Shown: one piece after another, positions 31,798 to 40,920 of the stretch
How positions within the stretch are numbered: position 1 is the stretch's first letter
Layout of the letters: each line of letters starts with the position of its first letter
DNA from: an uncultured Candidatus Marinamargulisbacteria bacterium
Lineage (GTDB): Bacteria; Margulisbacteria; Riflemargulisbacteria; GWF2-35-9
Direction of reading: 5' to 3'
Length of the DNA stretch: 60,028 nt
Assembly (NCBI GenBank): GCA_964358175.1
Contig: CAYHOI010000001.1
Span: 1 to 60,028, forward strand
Position numbers and translations under genes: made by a program
Notes under the pieces: model-generated
What the model was told of the DNA's origin: nothing
The model's database searches: none
What the model saw: the letters and a program-made list of their open reading frames with translations, nothing else

Positions 31798-31813
31798 TGT
31801 GAAATCTTTCACA
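31798..31813. promoter_or_regulatory. perfect CRP/FNR-family type palindrome TGTGA-N6-TCACA
   Basis: tgtgaaatctttcaca is a 16-bp perfect palindrome. It sits in the 209-bp spacer between the giant gene stop and cysE. Confidence 0.35.
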
Positions 31814-31920
31814 TAGCCAAACTATGCGAAAGATTCCAAGCCTTGAAGCCAAATCAAAAATACTGCGTGATCTGTAAAGGTTATTTCGTTCCAACTCCTT
31901 AGTCTAAATGTAAGATAATC

Positions 31921-31929
31921 TGGTATAAT
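31921..31929 (+). promoter_or_regulatory. extended -10 element TGGTATAAT upstream of cysE
   Basis: tggtataat lies at 31921-31929. It is 5 nt upstream of the TTG at 31935 and 11 nt upstream of the ATG at 31941. Confidence 0.35.
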
Positions 31930-31934
31930 AATTT

Positions 31935-32621
31935 TTGCGCATGGATATATTGATGCCTGTCTTTTTGTGTTGGGTCGTTCTGATGATCGGGATCGCGTTT
32001 TCCTATGGCGATGTTCAGGCAGTTTTTGAGGGAGATCCAGCGGCAAAAAATATTTTTGAAGTGTTGACGTACCCCGGGGTGTATGCCATATCCATGCACC
32101 GTGTGAATCATCTTATTTATAGACTTGGGGTTCCGTTTCTTCCACGCTTACTGTCACAAGTGATGAGGTTTTTGACCTTTATCGAGATTCATCCTGGAGC
32201 CCAAATAGGCAAGGCATTTTTCATTGATCATGGGGATGGTGTTGTGATTGGAGAAACGGCAGTGGTTGGAGATCATGTCATCCTCTATCATCAAGTGACG
32301 CTTGGAGGAACTGGTAAGCAAAAAGGGAAGCGACACCCAACGATTGGCAGTCATGTTATTATCGGGGCGGGTTCTAAAATATTGGGAAATTTGAAAGTGG
32401 GAGAGTATTGTAAAATTGGAGCTGGTACCATCGTCATTCATGACGTGCCAGAGCACTCAACGGTTGTGGGTAACCCAGCACGTGTCGTATCTGGACAGAA
32501 GGGCGATCCATTCCTTAATTTGGGGGATGTTCCGGATCCTATTCAGGAGAACTTTATTCGACTTGAGAAGGAAATTAGCGAGTTAAAGCGGGAAATAGCG
32601 AGGGATCGTCGTGATAAGTGA
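31935..32621 (+). CDS. cysE: serine O-acetyltransferase
   Basis: Motifs: DPAAKNIFEVLTYPGVYAISMHRVNH, IEIHPGAQIGKAFFIDHGDGVVIGETAVVGD, VTLGGTGKQKGKRHPTIG, and hexapeptide repeats. The protein is collinear with Bacillus-type CysE, including the C-terminal coiled tail. The start is ambiguous: TTG 31935, ATG 31941, 31953 or 31983. Confidence 0.85.
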   Translation: MRMDILMPVFLCWVVLMIGIAFSYGDVQAVFEGDPAAKNIFEVLTYPGVYAISMHRVNHLIYRLGVPFLPRLLSQVMRFLTFIEIHPGAQIGKAFFIDHGDGVVIGETAVVGDHVILYHQVTLGGTGKQKGKRHPTIGSHVIIGAGSKILGNLKVGEYCKIGAGTIVIHDVPEHSTVVGNPARVVSGQKGDPFLNLGDVPDPIQENFIRLEKEISELKREIARDRRDK

Positions 32622-33279
32622 GATCAAATATCGACGCATATTGAATGTTTCGGAGGATGCGACCATTGATGAGATCAAGCGAGCTACTAAGGAATTGCTC
32701 AAGAAATGCCATCCAGATAAGCATCATGCGCACCGAGGATGGGCTGAAACACAAACTAAGCGAGTTTTAGAGGCTTACCAGGTTCTGGTAAAGGATCAAA
32801 TCCAAGGCATGAAAATGATTAGAAAAGGTGTGCCTTCTCGCCCGCCAGTGCAAGTTATCTATAAGGAAAAGAAAGTAAATTTTATTGAAACAACGCTTCC
32901 AGACACTGGTGGGGATGCATTTCTTTGGCTTGATGTTGACATCATCCACCAGGTGGTTCACGGTAGTTCAGTTCAATGGTCAAAAACCCTGATCGTCGGC
33001 ATGCTGGGTAAGCAGCAATATTACTTTATCAATCCATTTATTACGCTGAGACATGCTCCATTTAATCCGAGCGATAAGATCATGTTGTTTAAAAAAGATC
33101 CAGCTTCTCAGAGGCATTTGGCTTATTGCTTTTCAACAGGAGGCAAATTAGTGGAGTGTGCCGAGAAAACACTAAATTCTACGCCAGTAGAGATTTGTGG
33201 GCAACTTGAATTGAAAGGACAGGGTGGACGTTATTACTTGGGGCATCAGGATTTGTTGGTAGTCGATCAGTTGTATTAG
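32611..33279 (+). CDS. J-domain protein with an uncharacterised, possibly CheW-like, C-terminal domain
   Basis: The N-terminus is YRRILNVSEDATIDEIKRATKELLKKCHPDKH (HPD motif). It has a GTG start overlapping the cysE stop. The C-terminal ~130 aa loosely follow the CheW pattern (see findings). Confidence 0.6.
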   Translation: MISEIKYRRILNVSEDATIDEIKRATKELLKKCHPDKHHAHRGWAETQTKRVLEAYQVLVKDQIQGMKMIRKGVPSRPPVQVIYKEKKVNFIETTLPDTGGDAFLWLDVDIIHQVVHGSSVQWSKTLIVGMLGKQQYYFINPFITLRHAPFNPSDKIMLFKKDPASQRHLAYCFSTGGKLVECAEKTLNSTPVEICGQLELKGQGGRYYLGHQDLLVVDQLY

Positions 33280-33332
33280 CTTTTCTGCGATTGTTGCGGT
33301 TCGGTCTCTAATCGATTATGATGAAGGAGACA

Positions 33333-33815
33333 ATGGTATGCATCAGCGTGGGATTAGCAGAGGTTAAGTTCTCAAAGACGTCGGGGGACGTTATCATGGC
33401 GCATGGGCTTGGGTCGTGCGTGGGGGTCGCTATTTACGATAAAATTATGCACTTAGGGGGCATGATTCATATTGTGTTGCCAAGTCATGAGATCCAGCGA
33501 GATGGGGCTTCTCCTGAACGATTTGCGGATTTAGGTGTGCCGATTCTTTTGGATAAGTTTGTGCTTTTTGGAGGGAATCTTTTGCAGGCAGTTATCAAGA
33601 TTGCGGGGGGAAGCAATATGTTCAAGCAGGAAAGTGCTTCAGTTCTTAATATTGGCGCAAGGAATGCTGTCGCGGTGTTGGAAGCACTCAAAAAACGAAA
33701 TATTGTTCCCCAGGCTCAGGATGTTGGGGGAACTAATGGAAGAACTTTCTCACTTCATATTGATACAGGCCGGATAACCTCTCGGATGATTGGGATGCAA
33801 GAAAAGGAGCTATGA
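33333..33815 (+). CDS. cheD: chemoreceptor glutamine deamidase CheD
   Basis: AHGLGSCVGVAIYDKIMHLGGMIHIVLPS is the CheD signature. The ATG at 33333 is preceded by a GAAGGAG Shine-Dalgarno sequence. The ORF track starts 15 nt earlier, at 33318. Confidence 0.8.
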   Translation: MVCISVGLAEVKFSKTSGDVIMAHGLGSCVGVAIYDKIMHLGGMIHIVLPSHEIQRDGASPERFADLGVPILLDKFVLFGGNLLQAVIKIAGGSNMFKQESASVLNIGARNAVAVLEALKKRNIVPQAQDVGGTNGRTFSLHIDTGRITSRMIGMQEKEL

Positions 33816-34618
33816 TGGAAGATTTATTTGATGTTGAATATGAGCGGTTTAAGCGAGATGTGAAGCAGTTCATCGGGGTAGACTTGACGCAATACAAGTC
33901 TGCGCAAATGAAACGGCGGATAAAGTCATTTATTACCAAACATCAGATACCGACCTTAACTCAGTTTACCCCTGAATTGGGGCGAAATCGCGAGTTGCTT
34001 GCTTTGTTTAAGGATTTTATTACCATCAATGTGACGGAATTTTTCCGCAATGAAGATAAGTTTGAGGATTTACGCGTCAAAATGATGCCTGAGTTGATCC
34101 GAAGAATGAAGGAGCAGCATCGGACAACTTTCAAAATATGGAGTGCGGGTTGCTCCACGGGGGCAGAGGCCTACACACTTGCCATTACGATGAATGAGTA
34201 TTTTCGGGGAGTACCCTATTCGATTTTGGCAACGGATATCGATACAACGGTGCTTGCAAAGGCAAAGCTTGCTGAGTATAAGGAACTCGAAATACGAAGT
34301 GTTCCCAAGCCTCTGCTAGAGAAGTATTTTGATTCTATGATTGAAGAAGAGAAGTGGAGGCTGAGACCGGATGTGAAACAGAATGTTTCATTCTCTATCA
34401 ATAATCTCTTGCAGGATCCTTTCCAGCGCGGGTTTGATTTGATTTTATGCAGAAATGTTGTCATTTATTTCACCGAAGAGGCCAAGGATCTTTTGTATAA
34501 GAAATTTTTTGATGCATTGGTCGAGGGGGGGGTCTTGTTTATTGGGGGAACGGAGAGCATCCTCAATGCTAAACAAATCGGATTTAAGACAAGTGCAAAT
34601 TTGTTCTATTACAAATAA
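33812..34618 (+). CDS. cheR: chemotaxis protein methyltransferase CheR
   Basis: CheR N-terminal helical domain plus a SAM-MTase core (FKIWSAGCSTGAEAYTLA, DLILCRNVVIYF). There is an ATGA start/stop overlap with cheD. Confidence 0.85.
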   Translation: MMEDLFDVEYERFKRDVKQFIGVDLTQYKSAQMKRRIKSFITKHQIPTLTQFTPELGRNRELLALFKDFITINVTEFFRNEDKFEDLRVKMMPELIRRMKEQHRTTFKIWSAGCSTGAEAYTLAITMNEYFRGVPYSILATDIDTTVLAKAKLAEYKELEIRSVPKPLLEKYFDSMIEEEKWRLRPDVKQNVSFSINNLLQDPFQRGFDLILCRNVVIYFTEEAKDLLYKKFFDALVEGGVLFIGGTESILNAKQIGFKTSANLFYYK

Positions 34619-34629
34619 GGAGCGGTCGC

Positions 34630-35499
34630 GTGGTTGATTCAAATAATGCACTCTTTAAGGAACTAGTCGATAGGATCGCCGATCTTATGCCGCTTCCTGT
34701 GACGCTACAAAAGATTATCCAGTTGACATCAGACCCGCAAACAGAGATCAAAGAATTGCTCCCCACGCTTGAACGAGACCAGGCAATGGTCGCTAGAATT
34801 CTCAAAATGGCCAATTCTTCCTATTATGGGTTTTCTCGTCAAATTCTAACGATTTCGCATGCTGTAGTTTGTCTGGGGTACAACACGATCAAGAATATTG
34901 CGTTGACCACCTCGACACAATCCTTTCTTCGTGGTCGGGTCATGAGCTATGCCCTGGAGGAGGGCGCCCTCTTTAAACATAGCTACGCAGTTGCGCTTGG
35001 CTCCCGAGCTATAGCGCGCAGGGTAGGGTATCCGAATCCGGAAGAGGTCTACGTAATGGGGCTTCTCCACGATGTAGGAAAGGTGATTTTGGATCAGTAT
35101 GCCAAGGATCGTTTTGTGGATGTGATTCGGGAATTTAAGAAGGGAGGACTTACTTTCCTGCAGGCAGAGGAGCAGGTGTTGGGATTCAATCATGGAGAAA
35201 TTGGCTCCGCAGTTACCCATAAATGGAACTTGAATTCTGAGCTGGTTGAAACGATCCGATTCCATCATGATCCTCAGGATGCCAGTATTCAGAACAGTTC
35301 TGTGCATATGGTGCATGTAGCAGATGTGATGGTAGAAATGATGGGGATCGGCTTGGGGTACGATGGGCTCAATTATGAGCTTCGGCAGGAGTCCATGGAT
35401 CGCCTACACTTGACGGAGACTGATATCGAGGCACTCATGATTCAAGTGATGGATGAATACAAGTCTGAAGAACTTTTTGAGGCGGCAATGAATGAGTAG
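34630..35499 (+). CDS. HDOD domain signalling protein
   Basis: Motifs: LPVTLQKIIQLTSDPQTEIKELLPTLERDQAMVARILKMANSSYYG and GLLHDVGKVIL. GTG start with an AAGGAG Shine-Dalgarno sequence 7 nt upstream. Confidence 0.75.
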   Translation: MVDSNNALFKELVDRIADLMPLPVTLQKIIQLTSDPQTEIKELLPTLERDQAMVARILKMANSSYYGFSRQILTISHAVVCLGYNTIKNIALTTSTQSFLRGRVMSYALEEGALFKHSYAVALGSRAIARRVGYPNPEEVYVMGLLHDVGKVILDQYAKDRFVDVIREFKKGGLTFLQAEEQVLGFNHGEIGSAVTHKWNLNSELVETIRFHHDPQDASIQNSSVHMVHVADVMVEMMGIGLGYDGLNYELRQESMDRLHLTETDIEALMIQVMDEYKSEELFEAAMNE

Positions 35500-36496
35500 C
35501 ATCCTATCACAAGAAGAAATTAACGCACTGCTTATGGGCGTCATGGAGGAGCAAAGCACAACTTCTCCTGGCCAGGAGGATGAAGGCGGACACGCGTCTA
35601 AATCAACGATTATGGAGGAGTTCCAGCATGTGACGAAATATGATTTTCGTCGACCGAATAAGTTCTCCAAAGATTTACTGCGAATTCTGAAGGGGTTTCA
35701 CGATAACATGGCGCGTTTGCTCAGTGCGTCACTTTCTGTTTATTTGCGTCAGGACGTGAAAGTGCACCTGACCTATATTGAGCAGCACACCTATCACGAG
35801 TACATCGAGGACTGCAGCGAGAAATCTCTTTACTATATTACCTCATTTATTGATGATCAGGCATTGCTCAGTTTGGACGTGAATATCGCACTTTTACTCG
35901 TTGAGAAGATATTGGGAGGACAGGGTGCCACTATTAATGTAGAGCGTCTTGATCCCACAGAAATCGAATTGACGATTATTCGTAATATTTTGGATAAGTT
36001 ATTTCAGCATCAGAAGGAGAGCTGGGGAGATGTTATGAAAGATTTACCTCGAATTATTACTGTGGAAAGTAATCCCCGAGTTATTCATTTGGTTCAACCT
36101 AATGATATTGTGCTGAAAATGGTCTTTGAGATTGTGATAGCTGATAGTGTAGGGATATTCACCTACTGTATCCCCTATATCGCTATAGACCATGTGATGA
36201 GCATGCTTCTGAAGAGTCAGTTTGTTCGAATGCAACATCAATACGTGAGAAAGTCTGATGAGATGCAAGACAATTTGGCAAACGCATTGGTGGATCTGAC
36301 CGCTGAACTTGGCCATACGGAAGCCACCGTTATGGATCTTTTGAATATTGAGGTGGGAGATGTGATCCCGTTGTTGACAAAGAGAAATCAGGATCTTCTG
36401 ATCAAGGTGGGTGGGATCCATAAATTTGGGGGGGAAATTGGAATCTCGGATAAACGGTATGCCCTGAAGATCAATCGGATTTATTTTACGACGTAG
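35492..36496 (+). CDS. fliM: flagellar motor switch protein FliM
   Basis: The N-terminal CheY-P binding peptide is MSSILSQEEINALL. Length is 334 aa, with a FliM middle domain and a C-terminal SpoA-like region. The start overlaps the HDOD gene by 8 nt. Confidence 0.85.
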   Translation: MSSILSQEEINALLMGVMEEQSTTSPGQEDEGGHASKSTIMEEFQHVTKYDFRRPNKFSKDLLRILKGFHDNMARLLSASLSVYLRQDVKVHLTYIEQHTYHEYIEDCSEKSLYYITSFIDDQALLSLDVNIALLLVEKILGGQGATINVERLDPTEIELTIIRNILDKLFQHQKESWGDVMKDLPRIITVESNPRVIHLVQPNDIVLKMVFEIVIADSVGIFTYCIPYIAIDHVMSMLLKSQFVRMQHQYVRKSDEMQDNLANALVDLTAELGHTEATVMDLLNIEVGDVIPLLTKRNQDLLIKVGGIHKFGGEIGISDKRYALKINRIYFTT

Positions 36497-37284
36497 AACT
36501 CCAAATCAACGATCTCATGAAATGCTTGGATGGAAGACGCTTGTCCGGCTGAAGATATTTCCATAAAAACATAATCTAAAATGCCCTGAGTGTCTTCTTC
36601 TGGAGGAGACAACTTTTCGGGTAGCGAGGTCAAAAACCGTCGCAAGACTGCTGAGGGCTCCATTCCAAGGATCGCGTGTTTTGCGCCGGACATTCCGACA
36701 TCTGTGATGTAGCCTGTATGACTGTTGAGAATTTCGGCATCAGCTGTTTGTACGTGGGTGTGGGTTCCGATCACAGCACTGACTCTTCCCGCGAAATGGA
36801 GTCCAAACGCAAGCTTCTCCGAGGTGGCTTCGGCGTGAAAATCCACGATGATGACGGGGAACGTCTGGAGATCATTTTTTAGGAGGGTTTCAAGTGCGTG
36901 AAAAGGGTTATCTATGGGGGGCATAAAAACCTGTCCCATGACGGATACCACAGCAACTTTTGTTCCCCCTAGGAGAGTGGTAAAAATACGAATTCCTGGG
37001 GTAACTTCCGGATAGTTAATCGGGCGAATCAGTGCAGGGCAGTTCCTGAGATGAGGAAGGATTTCCTTGTTGTCAAATACATGATTCCCAGAGGTAATAC
37101 AATGAACACCCTCATCCAGAAAATGATGGTAAATTTTGGAAGTAATGCCACGACCATTGGCAGAATTCTCACCATTAACAATGATAAGATCAGGGCTGAA
37201 CTTCCTTTTTAGACGGGGTAGTTCGGCAAAAAAGACGTCACGCCCTATTTTGCCGACGATATCCCCGAAAAAAAGTATATTCAC
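36481..37284 (-). CDS. ymdB: YmdB-family metallophosphoesterase (2',3'-cyclic-nucleotide 2'-phosphodiesterase type)
   Basis: MNILFFGDIVGKIGRD...IIVNGENSANGRGIT...GNHVFD, and the gene sits immediately downstream of rny as in Bacillus. Its 3' end overlaps the fliM 3' end by 16 nt. Confidence 0.85.
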   Translation of the reverse strand: MNILFFGDIVGKIGRDVFFAELPRLKRKFSPDLIIVNGENSANGRGITSKIYHHFLDEGVHCITSGNHVFDNKEILPHLRNCPALIRPINYPEVTPGIRIFTTLLGGTKVAVVSVMGQVFMPPIDNPFHALETLLKNDLQTFPVIIVDFHAEATSEKLAFGLHFAGRVSAVIGTHTHVQTADAEILNSHTGYITDVGMSGAKHAILGMEPSAVLRRFLTSLPEKLSPPEEDTQGILDYVFMEISSAGQASSIQAFHEIVDLEFYVVK

Positions 37285-37294
37285 TTCAAGATCC

Positions 37295-38836
37295 TTACTT
37301 TGCCACTTCTTGAGCGCGAGTTTCCCGAATGACGGTTACCTTGATGGTTCCCGGATACTCGAGTTCACTCTCGATTTTTTTTACAATATCACGAGCGAGC
37401 TTAGAGGCTAATTTATCGTTAATTTGATCTGGCTTGACCATCACCCTTACTTCTCTCCCAGATTGTATTGCAAAGGCCTTCTCAACCCCCTGAAAAGAGG
37501 TTGCGAGATTCTCTAGTGTTTCGAGTCGTTTGATGTAAGCTTCAATCGATTCTCGTCGTGCACCGGGACGGGAGGCAGATATGGCATCAGCCGTTGCAAC
37601 AAGGATGGCCTCAATCGTTTGGGGTTTGACCTCTTCGTGGTGTGCAATAATGGCGTGGACTACTTCTTCATTTTCGCCGTTTTTGTGAGCGAAATCTGCA
37701 CCAAGTCCTGCGTGGGTTCCCTCCTTTTCGAAATCTATGGCTTTCCCAATATCGTGAAGTAAACCTGCCCGACGAGCAAGCCGAGGATTGACTCCTAGCT
37801 CTTGCGCCATCAAGGAGGAGAGATGTGCGACTTCGATACTGTGCTGCAAGACATTCTGCCCGAAGCTGGTACGGTAGTGAAGTCGTCCCAGCAGATAGAT
37901 AATGGGCTGAGCCAGATTCTGTACATCTGCATCCAATGCACACTGTTCCCCAATGTCCATGATGGTTGTTTCTAGATCTTTCTTAACTTGGTGATAAACA
38001 TCCTCAATGCGAGTCGGATGAATACGTCCGTCCTGAACAAGTTTGACCAGAGTCATTCTGGCGACTTCTCGTCGAATGGGATCGAATCCTGATAATATGA
38101 CAGTCTCAGGTGTGTCATCAATAATCAGGTCTATGCCGGTCAGGGTCTCAAATGCACGGATATTGCGACCTTCACGACCGATGAGCCGCCCCTTCATATC
38201 GTCACTAGGGATGTTGACAACGGAAGTCGTCATTTCGACCACATTATCGACTGCGCAACGTTGAATGGCAGTGGCGATAATTTCTCGTGCTTTTTTCAGA
38301 GATGTTTTCTGGGCAAGGTCTTCTGTTTCCTTAATAATTTTCGCTGCATCGAATTTAACCTCACGTTCCAAATGATCCAGGAGGAGCTGTTTACCCTCTT
38401 CTCGGCTAAGTTGAGCCACTTTTTCAAGCTTGTCAACTTGTTCCTTGTAGATGAGCTCCAATTCAGTCTCGCGACGCTCAAGCAAAACCAACTTTTTCGC
38501 AGCTTCACCCTCCTTTAACTCGTAATTGGCTTCTTTTTGATCGAGGTGCTCCTCTCGAGTGAGAAGGCGATTCTCAAGAGCGAGTTGTTTGTCTCGTCTT
38601 TCTTTTAGCTCATGCTCAACTTCATTCCGAAGGCGAAGACATTCCTCCTTAGCCTCGATAAGTGCTTCTCGACGGATATCTTCTGCACGACGCTCAGCGT
38701 CTTTAAGGAGACGAGAAATTTTGCTTTCACTCTCTTGTTCCTTCAGGGAAAGATTCCGATTCTTAACAAAAGTTAAATACAGGGCGATTAGGATCGCGAT
38801 AACAGCAAACGATAACAATAAAGTAGTAATAAGCAT
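37295..38836 (-). CDS. rny: ribonuclease Y
   Basis: N-terminal transmembrane helix, long charged coiled coil, KH domain (GRLIGREGRNIRAFETLTGIDLIIDD) and HD domain (AGLLHDIGKA). Confidence 0.9.
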   Translation of the reverse strand: MLITTLLLSFAVIAILIALYLTFVKNRNLSLKEQESESKISRLLKDAERRAEDIRREALIEAKEECLRLRNEVEHELKERRDKQLALENRLLTREEHLDQKEANYELKEGEAAKKLVLLERRETELELIYKEQVDKLEKVAQLSREEGKQLLLDHLEREVKFDAAKIIKETEDLAQKTSLKKAREIIATAIQRCAVDNVVEMTTSVVNIPSDDMKGRLIGREGRNIRAFETLTGIDLIIDDTPETVILSGFDPIRREVARMTLVKLVQDGRIHPTRIEDVYHQVKKDLETTIMDIGEQCALDADVQNLAQPIIYLLGRLHYRTSFGQNVLQHSIEVAHLSSLMAQELGVNPRLARRAGLLHDIGKAIDFEKEGTHAGLGADFAHKNGENEEVVHAIIAHHEEVKPQTIEAILVATADAISASRPGARRESIEAYIKRLETLENLATSFQGVEKAFAIQSGREVRVMVKPDQINDKLASKLARDIVKKIESELEYPGTIKVTVIRETRAQEVAK

Positions 38837-38854
38837 TCTGTTTTGACCTCCTTT

Positions 38855-39853
38855 TTATTGGGTGGGGATACCGAGAATATCCTTCAATTTACCTTCCAAG
38901 TTCCCCATGATTTCAGGGTTGTTTTCGAGAAAAGATTGTGCGGTCTCTTTTCCCTGTCCAATTTTCTCACTGTTGTAACTATACCATGAGCCGAACTTTT
39001 CAATGAGTTTGTGTTCAACAGCCAAGTCCAATATCTCGCTAGACTTTTGGATGCCTTTTCCATAGATGATTTCCACCATAGCTTCCTTGAAGGGAATGGC
39101 TACTTTGTTTTTGACAACTTTTATTTTCGTCAGAGTTCCAATAAGGTCCTCTCCCTTTTTGATGCTTTCTTTTTTGCGAACATCGAGCCGAATAGAGGAG
39201 TAGAACTTGAGGGCTTTTCCGCCGGGAGTCACTTCAGGACTTCCGAACATGATGCCAACTTTTTCGCGAAGCTGGTTCACAAAGATCACAATGGTCGAGG
39301 ACTTGCTAACCGTTGCCGTTAGTTTTCGGAGAGCTTGGGACATTAGTCTCGCTTGAAGTCCGATATGGGAGTCGCCCATATCCCCTTCGAGTTCGGCCTT
39401 GGGAACCAGTGCTGCCACTGAGTCTACGACGATGACTGCAATAGCACCACTTCGAACCAAAGTTTCTGCAATATCGAGTGCTTGTTCCCCATTGTCGGGC
39501 TGGGATATCAAGAGTTCCTTGGTGTTCACCCCAATGTTCCTGGCATAGGTGGGGTCGAGTGCATGCTCTGCGTCAATAAAGGCGCAAATGCCTCCCTTTT
39601 TTTGGGATTCCGCAATAATATGAAGGGAGACAGTCGTTTTACCCGAGCTTTCCGGTCCATAAATTTCAACAACTCTACCCTTCGGAAGCCCCCCAATGCC
39701 CAATGCGGCATCTAATTTTAATGAGCCGGTTGAGACCACATCAAGACGTAGCGTCGTGTTCTCTCCCATTTTCATGATAGCGCCTTTTCCAAAATTCTTT
39801 TCAATCTGACTCATTACCAGTTCAACAGCTTTCTTGTTATCCGTGTCATTCAT
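38855..39853 (-). CDS. recA: recombinase RecA
   Basis: Motifs: [16 protein letters not shown], Walker [10 protein letters not shown], and [14 protein letters not shown]. Confidence 0.95.
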   Translation of the reverse strand: MNDTDNKKAVELVMSQIEKNFGKGAIMKMGENTTLRLDVVSTGSLKLDAALGIGGLPKGRVVEIYGPESSGKTTVSLHIIAESQKKGGICAFIDAEHALDPTYARNIGVNTKELLISQPDNGEQALDIAETLVRSGAIAVIVVDSVAALVPKAELEGDMGDSHIGLQARLMSQALRKLTATVSKSSTIVIFVNQLREKVGIMFGSPEVTPGGKALKFYSSIRLDVRKKESIKKGEDLIGTLTKIKVVKNKVAIPFKEAMVEIIYGKGIQKSSEILDLAVEHKLIEKFGSWYSYNSEKIGQGKETAQSFLENNPEIMGNLEGKLKDILGIPTQ

Positions 39854-39875
39854 TTTTTTCCTCCTTTTTTATCTT

Positions 39876-40412
39876 TTATACTTCGACAAGCTCAGCATAT
39901 AATCGTGAAACATGATACCAAAGCAAATCTAGTGCCGTGAGTGTTGTTTGTTCAATGATCTCTACACGGTTCCCTGAAAACATGAAGGGTTTGACGACTT
40001 CTTGCCGCCCAGTGATCAGCCCAATGTATACGAGCCCCACCTTCTCTTGTTCTCGCTGCGGGCCAGCGAATCCAGTGGTGGAGAGCGATATTGTAGGCTG
40101 GAACTTGTGATGGATACCCTTTGCCATCTCAAGACACACTTGGCTGGAGACTGATCCAAAGTGCTGAATGGTTTTTGGGCTTACCATGCACTCGGAGACC
40201 TTTACGCGGTTGTTGTAAGCGATAATTCCGCCAATCAAAAAGTCCGATGCCCCTGGGATCTTCACAAACTTGGCACACAAATTCCCGCCAGTAATTGACT
40301 CGGCGATTGCTAACGTAGCGGCCTTGTCAGTTAATAACTGTGCCACCGTAGCCGGATTTGTTGAGGGGTGATGGAGCTCTCTGGAGGCTAGAATATCCTT
40401 GAAATTATCCAT
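39876..40412 (-). CDS. pncC: CinA C-terminal domain protein / nicotinamide-nucleotide amidohydrolase PncC-like
   Basis: LAIAESITGGNL motif, ~178 aa. The ATG at 40412 has a GAGG Shine-Dalgarno sequence 7 nt upstream and overlaps the pgsA stop (ATGGATAA). The ORF track uses the GTG at 40427. Confidence 0.7.
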   Translation of the reverse strand: MDNFKDILASRELHHPSTNPATVAQLLTDKAATLAIAESITGGNLCAKFVKIPGASDFLIGGIIAYNNRVKVSECMVSPKTIQHFGSVSSQVCLEMAKGIHHKFQPTISLSTTGFAGPQREQEKVGLVYIGLITGRQEVVKPFMFSGNRVEIIEQTTLTALDLLWYHVSRLYAELVEV

Positions 40413-40920
40413 GACGAAGCACCTCACGATATGCCCAAAAATAGTTCAATCCTGAAAGAAGAGAAAGGGCTACCGTCAACCAAACAAGGACGTCTACGAA
40501 AGGAAGCTCTGCGATGAGCCATCCGATGCAAAGAAACTGAGAAATGGTTTTAATTTTACCTCCCCAATCCGCTTTCATGACCGATTGTTTTAAGGCCGCA
40601 GCACTTCGGAGTCCAAGAACCGCAAACTCCCGGCCGAGGAGAAGGGCTACGGCTAAGAAGGCGATTTTGCCCTGGTTCATAAAAAATAACAGAAGCGTAA
40701 AGACGAGTATTTTGTCGGCCAATGGGTCGAGTAACATTCCAAGTGGGCTTACGGTATTGGTTTTCCTGGCGATCCATCCGTCTAAGTAATCTGTAAAGGC
40801 AAGTGCTATGAAAAAGGTTAAATTAAAAAGTACAGAGAAATAGTTTGGGTGCGAAACACAGATGACCAGGAGGGGAACTAGTACAATACGGAGTAGAGTC
40901 AGCCGTGTGGCCAGGGTCAC
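40405..40920 (-). CDS. pgsA: CDP-diacylglycerol--glycerol-3-phosphate 3-phosphatidyltransferase
   Basis: CDP-alcohol phosphatidyltransferase motif DYLDGWIARKTNTVSPLGMLLDPLADK. Multi-pass membrane protein in the pgsA-cinA-recA context. Confidence 0.8.
   Translation of the reverse strand: MTLATRLTLLRIVLVPLLVICVSHPNYFSVLFNLTFFIALAFTDYLDGWIARKTNTVSPLGMLLDPLADKILVFTLLLFFMNQGKIAFLAVALLLGREFAVLGLRSAAALKQSVMKADWGGKIKTISQFLCIGWLIAELPFVDVLVWLTVALSLLSGLNYFWAYREVLRHG

Noticed and set aside
31726-31934. I looked for an intrinsic terminator after the giant gene.
   Set aside because: No GC-rich stem followed by a T-tract was found. The only strong symmetry is the TGTGA-N6-TCACA palindrome, whose 2-nt central loop makes it an unlikely RNA hairpin.
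38043-38846. Plus-strand ORFs inside rny (38043-38264, 38261-38518, 38559-38846), and similar antisense ORFs inside recA, cheA, rpoD and mraY.
   Set aside because: Each lies opposite a gene with unambiguous conserved motifs. Their products are low-complexity (Arg/Ser/Leu-rich).
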